From assembly GCA_905182145.1 (NCBI GenBank), contig CAJJAN010000029.1:11117-75116 (forward strand): DNA of 64,000 nt, written 5' to 3'. The notes under the pieces were generated by a model. It searched no databases and had not been told where the DNA came from. It worked only from the letters and a program-made list of their open reading frames with translations. This document shows positions 26,315 to 37,976 of this stretch, piece by piece. This stretch comes from an uncultured Pelagibacteraceae bacterium. Lineage in GTDB: Bacteria > Pseudomonadota > Alphaproteobacteria > Pelagibacterales > AG-422-B15. The position numbers were made by a program, and so were the translations under genes. Every line of letters starts with the position of its first letter. Within the stretch, counting starts at the first letter, position 1.

Positions 26315-27331
26315 TTATAGTGCTGATTCTATCTTAGCTTTAGCTGAGCCATCTACCCAGTCATGCCATTCACTATAATTAGACAAGAAATGCATTGCCG
26401 CATCTGCACCAGTTGCCTGGTTGTCTTCTTTCCATGCTAATAGTGCATTTATCGTACTATTAGGCAGCGCTCTTTTGACAATGTAATCCATGCCAACTCC
26501 AGCTTCTTGTTTAAAACGATCAGTCACAACAGTATAAACTGAAGAAACTACCCATGAATTTTTCTGAGGGTCTGCACAATCTTCTTGAGATGTACAAGTG
26601 TTCCACTCATCATTATCATGTGGCACATCAAAGCTTAGTTTTTTCATTGGATACTTACCAAGTATTGCTGTTGGCGCCCAGTAGTAACCCATCCATCCTT
26701 CGCCTTGATCATATGCTTTAGAAATAGCACCTGATAATCCTGCTCCAGAGCCTGGATCAACAAGTCTGAAACCTTTTGCTTCAGCACCAAACGCTTTAAA
26801 TAGGTTATTAGTACTTAATTGACAGTTCCAACCTGATGGACATGTGTAAAGTGCAGCACCATCACCTTCTGGATGTGGAAACAAGTCAGGTCGATTTAAT
26901 GCATCTTCTACAGTTTGAATGTCAGGATTGGCGTCAGCAATATACTGAGGTATCCACCAACCTTCTTCACCTGTGTCAGAGAAAACCTCTGCAGCATAAT
27001 GAAGTCTACCTTCTGCAGTTGCAGCATCAAGCGCGATTCTCACTGCATTGATCCATAATTCTGGTGCAACATCTGGCTCACCTTTTTCCATCATAGAAGT
27101 AGCTGTTGGCATAGTTGATCCTGGAACTAATTCCACTTCACAGCCATAACCATTTTCTAGTACTACTTTATCGATGTGAGCAAGCATTTCTGCAGATGCC
27201 CAGTTCATTTCAGCTACAGTAATAGCACCACATTCTGTTTGTGCTACTTTCTGCTCTGAACACCCAGCAAATCCGAGTGCAATACCTAGGAATAGAATTC
27301 CAGATATCATTAGTTTTTTACTTATATTCAT
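26315..27331 (-). CDS. proX: Betaine-type ABC transporter substrate-binding lipoprotein (ProX/OpuAC family)
   Basis: Signal peptide with lipobox LGFAGC. Trp-rich ligand-binding-type segments (EGWWIPQY, GWMGYYWAP). First gene of a proX-proW-proV arrangement. Confidence 0.8.
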   Translation of the reverse strand: MNISKKLMISGILFLGIALGFAGCSEQKVAQTECGAITVAEMNWASAEMLAHIDKVVLENGYGCEVELVPGSTMPTATSMMEKGEPDVAPELWINAVRIALDAATAEGRLHYAAEVFSDTGEEGWWIPQYIADANPDIQTVEDALNRPDLFPHPEGDGAALYTCPSGWNCQLSTNNLFKAFGAEAKGFRLVDPGSGAGLSGAISKAYDQGEGWMGYYWAPTAILGKYPMKKLSFDVPHDNDEWNTCTSQEDCADPQKNSWVVSSVYTVVTDRFKQEAGVGMDYIVKRALPNSTINALLAWKEDNQATGADAAMHFLSNYSEWHDWVDGSAKAKIESAL

Positions 27332-27468
27332 TTTTTAACCCCTAAATTAATTAGATAATAAAATATTTAAACATAGATGGGGAATGGGTTCTATAGAAAA
27401 AACTTATAAAATCCCAAATAACTGTGAATTATATACTTCCTAGAGTATAAAATACTCAAGCTATTGTT

Positions 27469-28353
27469 TTAATTAGCTTTTCCTGAATAGTGCAGCTCCA
27501 CAAGTGGTGCACTTAATATGAATACTGCCCCTATTGCTTCTCTAAAAGAAATCAATTCATTAGCTAAAAGATATGCAGAAATAAATCCTATAAGAACTTC
27601 TGTCATCATTAATACACCAGCTCTACCTGGATCGACTTGATCTGAACCCATTACATTTAACCAATACGCGGGTATTATCCAGATTAAAGCCATAGCTATT
27701 ATAAGTATTAAATTTTCTGATATCATAGATATCTGGAATCCACCTAAAGTTTGTCCATCTGGTAGAAGTGTTGCAAGCAATATAAAAATAGCCCCAAATA
27801 AAATACATAGGGCAGTTGTAACATTAACATCTAATTCATCATTAACTCTTAACATAGTTGCGCCTAAGGACCATATTATACCAGCGGCTATTCCATAGAA
27901 ATCTGCAGCTGAATTTGGTAGAAAATTTCCTTGATCAATACCATTCATTATAAACAAACCAGTAAATCCAGCAGTGATAGAAAAACCTCTATAATAAGTT
28001 AAAGGTTTTTTTAAAAAATAGACTTCAATAAGTGTGCTCCAAACAGAGGTAAGGTAAAAAAAGAGAATAGTTCTGCCAACGTTGCCACGAAGCAAGCCTT
28101 CATTATATAAACACATAGCAGCTCCACCTGAGACTGCAGCTATCAATGTTAAATAGATATTTTTTTTAGAGAATAAGTGAATCTTTTTGTATGAAATTAT
28201 GAAAAGTATAGTTGTAGCTATTAAAAAACTAGTAACAATTGGCATAGCATTGTTATCACCATATTCATTTAGAAGTCGAAGTGGGTACCACCATGTTCCC
28301 CAGAGAATAGTGGAATACATGATAGCATAATTAGGATTAATATTTTTAAACAT
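27469..28353 (-). CDS. DMT superfamily (EamA-like) transporter
   Basis: 294 aa, about 10 hydrophobic helices. Second DMT carrier in the island. Confidence 0.6.
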   Translation of the reverse strand: MFKNINPNYAIMYSTILWGTWWYPLRLLNEYGDNNAMPIVTSFLIATTILFIISYKKIHLFSKKNIYLTLIAAVSGGAAMCLYNEGLLRGNVGRTILFFYLTSVWSTLIEVYFLKKPLTYYRGFSITAGFTGLFIMNGIDQGNFLPNSAADFYGIAAGIIWSLGATMLRVNDELDVNVTTALCILFGAIFILLATLLPDGQTLGGFQISMISENLILIIAMALIWIIPAYWLNVMGSDQVDPGRAGVLMMTEVLIGFISAYLLANELISFREAIGAVFILSAPLVELHYSGKAN

Positions 28354-28404
28354 TACGTATTTATATACTATAGTTATAATATTTGGTAAATTTGAATAAT
28401 TAAA

Positions 28405-30027
28405 ATGAACAATTATAATTATATAATCATTGGTGCTGGTTCAGCTGGCTGTGTGTTGGCAAACCGACTATCTAAAAATCCTGATCATAAAGTCTTGCTT
28501 ATTGAGTCTGGCCCATCTGATAAGACATGGAAAACTGCGATGCCAGCAGCACTTTTATATACTATGCATGACCCAAAATATAATTACCTCTATAATACTG
28601 AACCTGAGACTTACATGAATAATAGAAAAATGTTTTGTCCACGAGCGAAAATGCTCGGTGGTTGCTCATCTCATAATGGTATGGTTCATGTTAGGGGCAA
28701 TGCTATGGATTTTGAAAATTGGGCTCAACTCGGTTTATCTGAATGGAATTATGCAAATGTTCTGCCCTATTTTCAGAAATCAGAAAATATAGAAGGTCTA
28801 TCAAAAGAGTTTAGAAATGATCAAGGTCCTCTAAGATTATCCAGATCTGAAAATGGAAATGTTCTAACAAAAGTTTATTTGGAAGCAGCAGCTCAAGCTG
28901 GACATGAAATAAATAATGATATGAATGGATACAAACAAGAAGGTTTTGGATTAATGGATACAACTATTTTCAAAGGAAAGCGACAAAGCACAAGTCATAC
29001 TTACTTACATCCAGTCTCAGATCGAAAAAACCTAACTATAAAGACCAATCTTAACGTAAAAAAAATAATTATAGAGAATGGTAAAGCAAAAGGTGTTGAG
29101 TGTGTTAGTAATAACAATTTAATAAACTATTATGCAGATGAGGAGGTCTTGTTGTGTGCTGGATCAATAAACTCACCACAAATATTAATGCTATCAGGTA
29201 TTGGTCCTCAAGATCACTTGGCAGAAATGGATGTTGAAGTAAAACAAAGTCTCGAAGGAGTTGGACAAAATTTACAAGACCATCTTGAAACATATGTGCA
29301 ATATGAGTGTAAAAAACCTGTAACGCTCTTTAATGAATATAATCCAATAAAAATGGCTCTTACTGGAATTGAGTGGTTCTTATTTAAAACTGGGACCGCT
29401 GCTTATTCCAACTTAGAAACAGGTGGCTTTATCAGAAGTAATGAATTGGTTGATTATCCAAATATTCAATATCATTTTTTTCCTTCATTAGTTCTAGATC
29501 ATGGCAGAACTAACCCTGATCGTCATGCTTTTCAAGCCCACGTTGGTCCAATGCGTCCAACTAGCAGAGGAGAAATAAAATTAAAATCAACTGATCCGAG
29601 TGCTGCTCCATCAATTAGATTTAATTATATGCAAACTGAGCATGATCTAATGGAAATGAGAGAGGGAATAAGATTAGCTCGTGAAATATTTCAACAACAA
29701 GCATTTAATGAGTACCGAGGTAAAGAAATAAACCCTGGAAAACTTGATACTGATAGTGAGCTCGATGAATTTATAAGAAATAGAGGTGATACCGCCTACC
29801 ATCCTTGTGGTACTTGCAAGATGGGTAAAGACACTACTTCTGTAGTAGATGAACAGTTGCAAGTATACGGTGTAGAAAAATTGCGAGTAGTAGATGCCTC
29901 TATTATGCCAAAAATTATTACTGGAAACTTAAATGCTTCGACTGTAATGATTGCTGAAAAAGCTGCTGATTATATATTGGGTAAATCAATTGCAGCTAAT
30001 AATGTTGGATTTTATAGAGCTGGCTAA
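28405..30027 (+). CDS. betA: GMC-family flavoprotein oxidoreductase, choline dehydrogenase-like
   Basis: FAD motif YIIIGAGSAGCVLANRLS, GGCSSHNGM, and a C-terminal TAYHPCGTCKMG...VVDASIMP. 540 aa. Confidence 0.75.
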   Translation: MNNYNYIIIGAGSAGCVLANRLSKNPDHKVLLIESGPSDKTWKTAMPAALLYTMHDPKYNYLYNTEPETYMNNRKMFCPRAKMLGGCSSHNGMVHVRGNAMDFENWAQLGLSEWNYANVLPYFQKSENIEGLSKEFRNDQGPLRLSRSENGNVLTKVYLEAAAQAGHEINNDMNGYKQEGFGLMDTTIFKGKRQSTSHTYLHPVSDRKNLTIKTNLNVKKIIIENGKAKGVECVSNNNLINYYADEEVLLCAGSINSPQILMLSGIGPQDHLAEMDVEVKQSLEGVGQNLQDHLETYVQYECKKPVTLFNEYNPIKMALTGIEWFLFKTGTAAYSNLETGGFIRSNELVDYPNIQYHFFPSLVLDHGRTNPDRHAFQAHVGPMRPTSRGEIKLKSTDPSAAPSIRFNYMQTEHDLMEMREGIRLAREIFQQQAFNEYRGKEINPGKLDTDSELDEFIRNRGDTAYHPCGTCKMGKDTTSVVDEQLQVYGVEKLRVVDASIMPKIITGNLNASTVMIAEKAADYILGKSIAANNVGFYRAG

Positions 30028-30030
30028 AAA

Positions 30031-30342
30031 TTAATTAATACTAAATTTTTTTATATTTTCACCATTTTTAATTGAAAATATACCAATAAAATTTTTACCT
30101 TTGATTGTGTAGTGAATAGTCAAGGTTTCACTATTGCTATTAATGTTACTAATATCTGCATTATCAGGCAATTTAATATTTGTTGGAGTGCTTATATCTG
30201 AGTTATCGCTTGTGAATAATGTTTCATCATTTATTCTGTATATTATTGTAGAAATAATTACTAAAACACCAGCAATAATTAGAACGCCCATGAATATGAC
30301 AAGATATTTTAAACCTCGAAGATTATTTTGATTATCAGACAT
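30031..30342 (-). CDS. Small membrane-anchored protein of unknown function
   Basis: 103 aa with a single N-terminal TM helix (YLVIFMGVLIIAGVLVIISTIIY). Divergent from rluD with overlapping start codons. Confidence 0.5.
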   Translation of the reverse strand: MSDNQNNLRGLKYLVIFMGVLIIAGVLVIISTIIYRINDETLFTSDNSDISTPTNIKLPDNADISNINSNSETLTIHYTIKGKNFIGIFSIKNGENIKKFSIN

Positions 30343-31321
30343 GAACAGTAAAATGCATCATCTTGAAGTAAATGTAAATAAATACATTGGTTATAGATTA
30401 GATAAATTTGTAGCAGAAAATCTGCCTAATATAAGTCGATCTAAAATCAAATCTTTAATAGAAAAAGGTCTTATTACTGTAAATGAAATGACAAAAGATC
30501 CTGATTACAAGCTGGGATTAAATGACAAGATTTCTATCAATGAAAAAAATGAGGAAAATTCAAAATTATTAGGAGAGAATATTAAGCTCAATATTGTTTA
30601 TGAAGATGGGGATCTTTTGGTGATTGATAAACCCGCTGGACTAGTAGTTCATCCTGGAGCAGGTAATAAAAATGGTACTTTGGTTAATGCATTAATTTAT
30701 CATTGTGGAAATAGTCTTTCTTCAGTTGGAGATGGGAAGAGGCCAGGTATTGTTCATCGAATTGATAAAGACACTAGTGGCTTACTTGTTGTTGCTAAAA
30801 ATGACTCAGCACATTTAAATCTAGCTAAACAATTTGAAGATCATTCTGTTAGTAGAAAATATTTAGCTCTTTGCTGGGGAAAATTAAAACCTAGTTCTGG
30901 AAAATTAGTTTCATTAATATCTCGAAGCAATAAAAATAGAATTAAGATGATGTCTTCCAAAATAAAGGGCAAAGAAGCAATTACAAATTATAAAACTTTA
31001 GAAACTTATGTTGATAAAAAAGGGGACTCTTTTGCATCTTTGGTTGAATGCAAATTAGAAACCGGAAGAACGCACCAGATTAGAGTTCACTTAACTGAGA
31101 AAGGTAACCCAATCATTGGTGATAAAGTTTATGGTAGAACTCCTATGCTTAAATATAGAAATTTAAGTCCATCAATTCAGGATCTAATTAAAGATTTGCC
31201 AGGACAAGCTTTACATGCATATTTATTAGGATTTAATCATCCTACTAAAAATAAAATTATTGAATTTCAGTCACTTAAACCTGAATACTTGAGTAATTTG
31301 ATTAATTCTATTAAGAATTAG
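30341..31321 (+). CDS. rluD: 23S rRNA pseudouridine synthase, RluA/RluD family
   Basis: S4-like N-terminus (RLDKFVAENLPNISRSKIKSLIEKG), catalytic HRIDKDTSGLLVVAK, and GRTHQIRVH. Confidence 0.85.
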   Translation: MNSKMHHLEVNVNKYIGYRLDKFVAENLPNISRSKIKSLIEKGLITVNEMTKDPDYKLGLNDKISINEKNEENSKLLGENIKLNIVYEDGDLLVIDKPAGLVVHPGAGNKNGTLVNALIYHCGNSLSSVGDGKRPGIVHRIDKDTSGLLVVAKNDSAHLNLAKQFEDHSVSRKYLALCWGKLKPSSGKLVSLISRSNKNRIKMMSSKIKGKEAITNYKTLETYVDKKGDSFASLVECKLETGRTHQIRVHLTEKGNPIIGDKVYGRTPMLKYRNLSPSIQDLIKDLPGQALHAYLLGFNHPTKNKIIEFQSLKPEYLSNLINSIKN

Positions 31322-31361
31322 GCCTATTGAAATTAGTGAAATAAACCCAATATATTAAGTA

Positions 31362-33535
<2,174 letters not shown>

Positions 33536-33545
33536 TTAAAACCTT

Positions 33546-34886
33546 TTATAATTTTGTAAAAAAAGAATCAACTTCTGAGACAACCTTATCAAGAATTGAA
33601 GAATCTTTACACTCTATCATTACCCTTAATAAAGATTCTGTTCCAGACATTCTAACAAAAATCCTACCTTCACTTCCAAGCATATCTTTACAGTTATTAA
33701 TCATTTTGATTGTGTGATCTGCCCTCAAAACTTCGCCATCGTTTATATTAAAGTTTATCAATTTTTGAGGTATAGGATCAAAAACATTGAGTGTTTTGCT
33801 AGATGATTGATTTTTCTCAATTACAATTCGTAACACTTGAAGTGCTGCAATCATTCCATCACCAGTTTCAATAAAATCTCTGAGAATAATATGACCTGAT
33901 TGTTCTCCTCCAATATTAGCATCTATATCTAACATCATTTCTTTTACATATCTGTCTCCTACATTTGCTCTATGTAGCGTTATATTATTATCTCTTAAGA
34001 TATTCTCTAAACCAAGATTTGACATTTCTGTTGCAACAATTGCGTTCGTTGAAAGCTGATTATATTTTTTCCAATGCAAAGCTAAAAGTGCAAGGATTTG
34101 ATCACCATCAATTATTTTACCCTTTTCATCACAAATAATTACTCTATCGCCATCGCCATCTAGGCAAATTCCAATATCTGCTTTTTCCTCAACTACTTTC
34201 TTTGCCATATTTTCAGGTTGGGTAGATCCACATTCATGATTAATATTAGTACCGTTTGGATCAACACCAATAGCTATAACTTCAGCTCCAAGTTCCCATA
34301 ATATAATTGGTGCAGATTTATATGCTGCGCCATTCGCACAATCTAATACGATTTTTATTCCTTCTAAGTTAATTTTTTTTGGAAATGTATTTTTTTGAAA
34401 CTCTATATATCTAGCATTGGCATCTTCTAGTCGCTTAGCCCTTCCCATTTTTTCTGGGCTAACTAAGTGCTCTTCAATGTTTGAATCCATTAACTTTTCA
34501 ATCTCATATTCAGTTTCATCAGATAGTTTATTGCCATGTTTATCAAAAATTTTAATCCCATTGTCTTTATAAGAATTATGAGAAGCTGATATCATAACTC
34601 CTAGATCAGCACGCATAGATTTTGCAAGCATTGCGACTCCTGGAGTTGGTATAGGTCCAAGTAATAGAACATCTAATCCCATTGACAATAAACCTGAGGT
34701 TAATGATTGTTCAATAGTGTAACCTGATAATCTCGTATCTTTACCTATTACTACTCTGTGTTTATGTTCGCCCTTAGTAAATAATTTACCTAAAGACATA
34801 CCCAAACGCATCATTGTTAAACCATTAAGCTTATAGCTATTAGATGCTGCACGAATTCCATCTGTACCAAAATATTTTTTTTGCAT
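33546..34886 (-). CDS. glmM: Phosphoglucosamine mutase
   Basis: YFGTDGIRA N-terminus, active-site ISASHNSYKDNGIK, and metal loop LDGDGDR. Confidence 0.9.
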   Translation of the reverse strand: MQKKYFGTDGIRAASNSYKLNGLTMMRLGMSLGKLFTKGEHKHRVVIGKDTRLSGYTIEQSLTSGLLSMGLDVLLLGPIPTPGVAMLAKSMRADLGVMISASHNSYKDNGIKIFDKHGNKLSDETEYEIEKLMDSNIEEHLVSPEKMGRAKRLEDANARYIEFQKNTFPKKINLEGIKIVLDCANGAAYKSAPIILWELGAEVIAIGVDPNGTNINHECGSTQPENMAKKVVEEKADIGICLDGDGDRVIICDEKGKIIDGDQILALLALHWKKYNQLSTNAIVATEMSNLGLENILRDNNITLHRANVGDRYVKEMMLDIDANIGGEQSGHIILRDFIETGDGMIAALQVLRIVIEKNQSSSKTLNVFDPIPQKLINFNINDGEVLRADHTIKMINNCKDMLGSEGRIFVRMSGTESLLRVMIECKDSSILDKVVSEVDSFFTKL

Positions 34887-34897
34887 TTTTGTAATGA

Positions 34898-35935
34898 TTA
34901 TAATTTATTAAAAACCTTTATCGCCTGAGAGGTCTCAAACACATCATGCACTCTAAAAACTTGAACACCTTGAGATAGTGCATAGATAACTGTTGATAAA
35001 GAACCGCCCAATCTTTTTTCTTCTAAAGCATTTTTATCAAGTTTACCAATAAAAGTTTTTCTTGATGAACCTAATAACACAGGACAACCCAAAGAATGAA
35101 GTAATGCAATGTTAGATATTAGACTCAAATTTTGTTTCACAGTTTTACCAAAGCCAATTCCTGGATCTAATATTATAGATTGTCTAGTAATTTTCTTACG
35201 CTCACATATAGCAATCTTCTTTTTAAAAAAATCGTATACGTCTAGTAATACGTTTTCATAATTAATATTTGATTGCATTGTTTTGGGATTTTTTATCGAA
35301 TGCATCAGTACAAATGGTATTTTATTTTTTTTTATTAAATCAATTGATTTGCTACTATATCTCAATCCTGACACATCATTAATTAGATCAATATTATTTT
35401 TTATTCCTGCTCTCATAACGTCAGGCTTTCGTGTATCAAGTGAGATAATAGTTTTTTTATTTTTACTTTTTAGTTTTTTTATTGCTGGAATGACCCTGGC
35501 GATTTCAACTTTACTTACAATTGTTGTTGCGCCAGGCCTTGTAGATTCCCCACCAATATCAATAATATCCGCACCATCTTTTATCATTTGTAATGCATGG
35601 GCTGTACTTTTATCTAAGTTATTAAATTTCCCACCATCTGAAAAACTATCAGGTGTTACATTCAATATGCCCATAATTTTCGGCCGATTAAAGTCTATTG
35701 AAGCTATCTTTTTTCTAGGGGCAGTAATGTTTTTAATCTGATCTAAGACAGACTTTAACTCTTCTTTTTTTAATGAGCTTAAATCTTCTAACTTTAAAAA
35801 TTTTTTATCTATCTTATCTTTTTTTCTAGTAATTATTTCAATAGTATCAAAAAATAAGTTTGAAGAACCTAATTTTTTATAATCATTAGAAGTTTTATTT
35901 TTCTTAGAAAAAATTGGGCGCACGTAGTAATTCAT
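34898..35935 (-). CDS. folP: Dihydropteroate synthase (with about 70-aa Lys-rich N-terminal extension, or a later start)
   Basis: IMGILNVTPDSFSDGG, DIGGESTRPG, and DPGIGFGK motifs. The core begins near residue 88 of the ORF. Confidence 0.85.
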   Translation of the reverse strand: MNYYVRPIFSKKNKTSNDYKKLGSSNLFFDTIEIITRKKDKIDKKFLKLEDLSSLKKEELKSVLDQIKNITAPRKKIASIDFNRPKIMGILNVTPDSFSDGGKFNNLDKSTAHALQMIKDGADIIDIGGESTRPGATTIVSKVEIARVIPAIKKLKSKNKKTIISLDTRKPDVMRAGIKNNIDLINDVSGLRYSSKSIDLIKKNKIPFVLMHSIKNPKTMQSNINYENVLLDVYDFFKKKIAICERKKITRQSIILDPGIGFGKTVKQNLSLISNIALLHSLGCPVLLGSSRKTFIGKLDKNALEEKRLGGSLSTVIYALSQGVQVFRVHDVFETSQAIKVFNKL

Positions 35936-35960
35936 TTCGCCCTAATATCCTACAACAGAT

Positions 35961-37874
35961 TTAAGATGTCTGTGGTTTTGGCTTTAAGTCTGGATTAACA
36001 GTCGGTTTGGACTTGCCACTTTTTGGAACTGAAGGCCCAGCATTTTTGATTTCATCTTCTGGGTTTGCTCTATTAATAGTTCCAGTTTTTAGTAGCTCTT
36101 TAATTTCTGCTAGCTCTAAAGTTTCATATTCAATTAAACCTTTTGCTAGAGTGTGAAGATCATCAATTTTAGTATTTAAAATTTGTTTTGTTTTTTCATA
36201 TGATTCATCAACAAGTTTTTTAATTTCTGAATCAATAGTTTTAGCAGTTTCTTCAGAGACATTCTTATGTTTTTGTACTGATCTTCCTAAGAAAACCTCT
36301 TCATCATTTTCAGCATATAATATTGGGCCAAGAGTTTCACTCATACCAAATTGCGTAACCATTTCTCTTGCTGTTTTGGTGACCTGTTGTATATCGCTTG
36401 ACGCACCTGATGTAACCTTATCGCGACCAAAAATTATTTCTTCCGCAACTCTTCCACCAAGCGCACTTACCATTCTGGCCTCATATTCTTCTCTAGTAAC
36501 TGAAATGATATCTTTTTCCGGTAAGTACATTACCATTCCTAGTGCTCTACCCCTTGGTATAATTGTTGCTTTATGAATTGGCATAGAAGCTGGTAGGTTT
36601 AAAGAACATAATGCATGACCCGCTTCATGATAGGCGGTCAGTTTAATTTCATCTTCTGTCATTACTGCAGATCTTCTTTCGGTACCAAAAGCAACTTTGT
36701 CCCTAGACTCCTCAAAGTCAATCATTGTAACAATTTTTTTATTCTTTCTCGCGGCAAGTAAAGCAGATTCATTTACTAAATTTGCTAGATCTGCACCAGA
36801 AAATCCTGGTGTACCTCTGGCAACAGTTCTAATATTTACATCCGGAGCGAATGTAATCTTTTTCATGTGAACTTTTAATATAGCTTCTCTACCAACTAAA
36901 TCAGGGCTAGGCACTACAATCTGTCTATCAAATCTTCCGGGTCTAAGTAATGCAGGATCAAGAACATCAGGTCTATTTGTTGCTGCAACTATAATAACAC
37001 CTTCTTGAGCATCAAACCCATCCATTTCAACTAATATTTGATTTAATGTTTGCTCTCTTTCATCATTGCCACCGCCTAAACCAGCTCCTCGACTTCTTCC
37101 TACAGCATCAATTTCATCAATAAATATGATACATGGTGCGTGTTTTCTTCCTTGTTCAAACATGTCTCTTACACGAGATGCGCCCACTCCAACAAACATT
37201 TCAACAAAATCAGAACCTGAAATACTAAAGAATGGAACATTAGCTTCACCGGCAACAGCTCGAGCTAATAAGGTTTTACCAGTCCCTGGTGATCCTACTA
37301 ATAGTGCTCCTTTTGGAATTCTACCTCCGAGTTTTTGAAATTTTCTTGGATCTTTTAAAAATTCAACAATTTCAACTAACTCTTCTTTTGATTCATCTAC
37401 ACCGGCAACGTCATTAAATGTAATCTTGTTTTTATTTTCATTTAAAAGCTTAGCTTTTGATTTTCCAAAACCCATAGCACCACCTTTGCCACCCTGCATT
37501 TGTCGCATAAAGAATACCCATACTCCAATAAGTAAGAGCATAGGAAACCAAGAGATTAAAATTCCTAGTATAGAAAACCCATCATCAAGAGGTGCTGCGG
37601 AAATATTAACACCCATATTAGTTAATTTTTCTACTAGAGTTGGATCATTGACTGCGTAAGTTTTAAATTTTCTTCCATCTGAGAAATTTCCAGAAACATT
37701 ATTACCACGAATAGTAACATCGTTTACAGATCCATTCTTAACATTTTCTAAAAATTGAGAATAAGTTAAATCTAGAGTATTGGCAGTGTTACTAGCATTA
37801 GGATTGAACAGATTAAATAATCCAATTATAATTAAGCCAATAAAGAGCCAGAGAGCTATGTTTTTTAAATTCAT
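35961..37874 (-). CDS. ftsH: ATP-dependent zinc metalloprotease FtsH
   Basis: Walker [14 protein letters not shown], Walker [13 protein letters not shown] region [19 protein letters not shown], and zinc motif HEAGHAL. Confidence 0.95.
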   Translation of the reverse strand: MNLKNIALWLFIGLIIIGLFNLFNPNASNTANTLDLTYSQFLENVKNGSVNDVTIRGNNVSGNFSDGRKFKTYAVNDPTLVEKLTNMGVNISAAPLDDGFSILGILISWFPMLLLIGVWVFFMRQMQGGKGGAMGFGKSKAKLLNENKNKITFNDVAGVDESKEELVEIVEFLKDPRKFQKLGGRIPKGALLVGSPGTGKTLLARAVAGEANVPFFSISGSDFVEMFVGVGASRVRDMFEQGRKHAPCIIFIDEIDAVGRSRGAGLGGGNDEREQTLNQILVEMDGFDAQEGVIIVAATNRPDVLDPALLRPGRFDRQIVVPSPDLVGREAILKVHMKKITFAPDVNIRTVARGTPGFSGADLANLVNESALLAARKNKKIVTMIDFEESRDKVAFGTERRSAVMTEDEIKLTAYHEAGHALCSLNLPASMPIHKATIIPRGRALGMVMYLPEKDIISVTREEYEARMVSALGGRVAEEIIFGRDKVTSGASSDIQQVTKTAREMVTQFGMSETLGPILYAENDEEVFLGRSVQKHKNVSEETAKTIDSEIKKLVDESYEKTKQILNTKIDDLHTLAKGLIEYETLELAEIKELLKTGTINRANPEDEIKNAGPSVPKSGKSKPTVNPDLKPKPQTS

Positions 37875-37976
37875 GATTTCAAAATAATATTAATATATAT
37901 GTAATAACTAATTCAATACTTACAAGAAATATAGTAAACCAAATAAATTATATAAATCAATAGCTTATTGATGCAA

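Noticed and set aside
26315-27331. The two substrate-binding protein genes have elevated G+C. Sampled lines of 26315..27331 gave about 43-45%, and 5704..6711 gave about 28-42%. I considered these as further horizontal-transfer candidates.
   Set aside because: Third codon positions remain mostly A/T (GCT/GCA, GGT, GAA, AAA). The excess G+C comes from Ala/Gly/Trp/Pro/Asp-rich protein composition. This differs from 13789..14925, where synonymous sites are G/C-rich.
27332-27468. A C-tract (CCATTCCCC) in the proX leader that could pair with the GGGG of the ribosome-binding region, considered as a riboswitch or SD-sequestering hairpin.
   Set aside because: Complementarity is only about 4 bp and I recognised no conserved riboswitch core. 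It would need covariation data.
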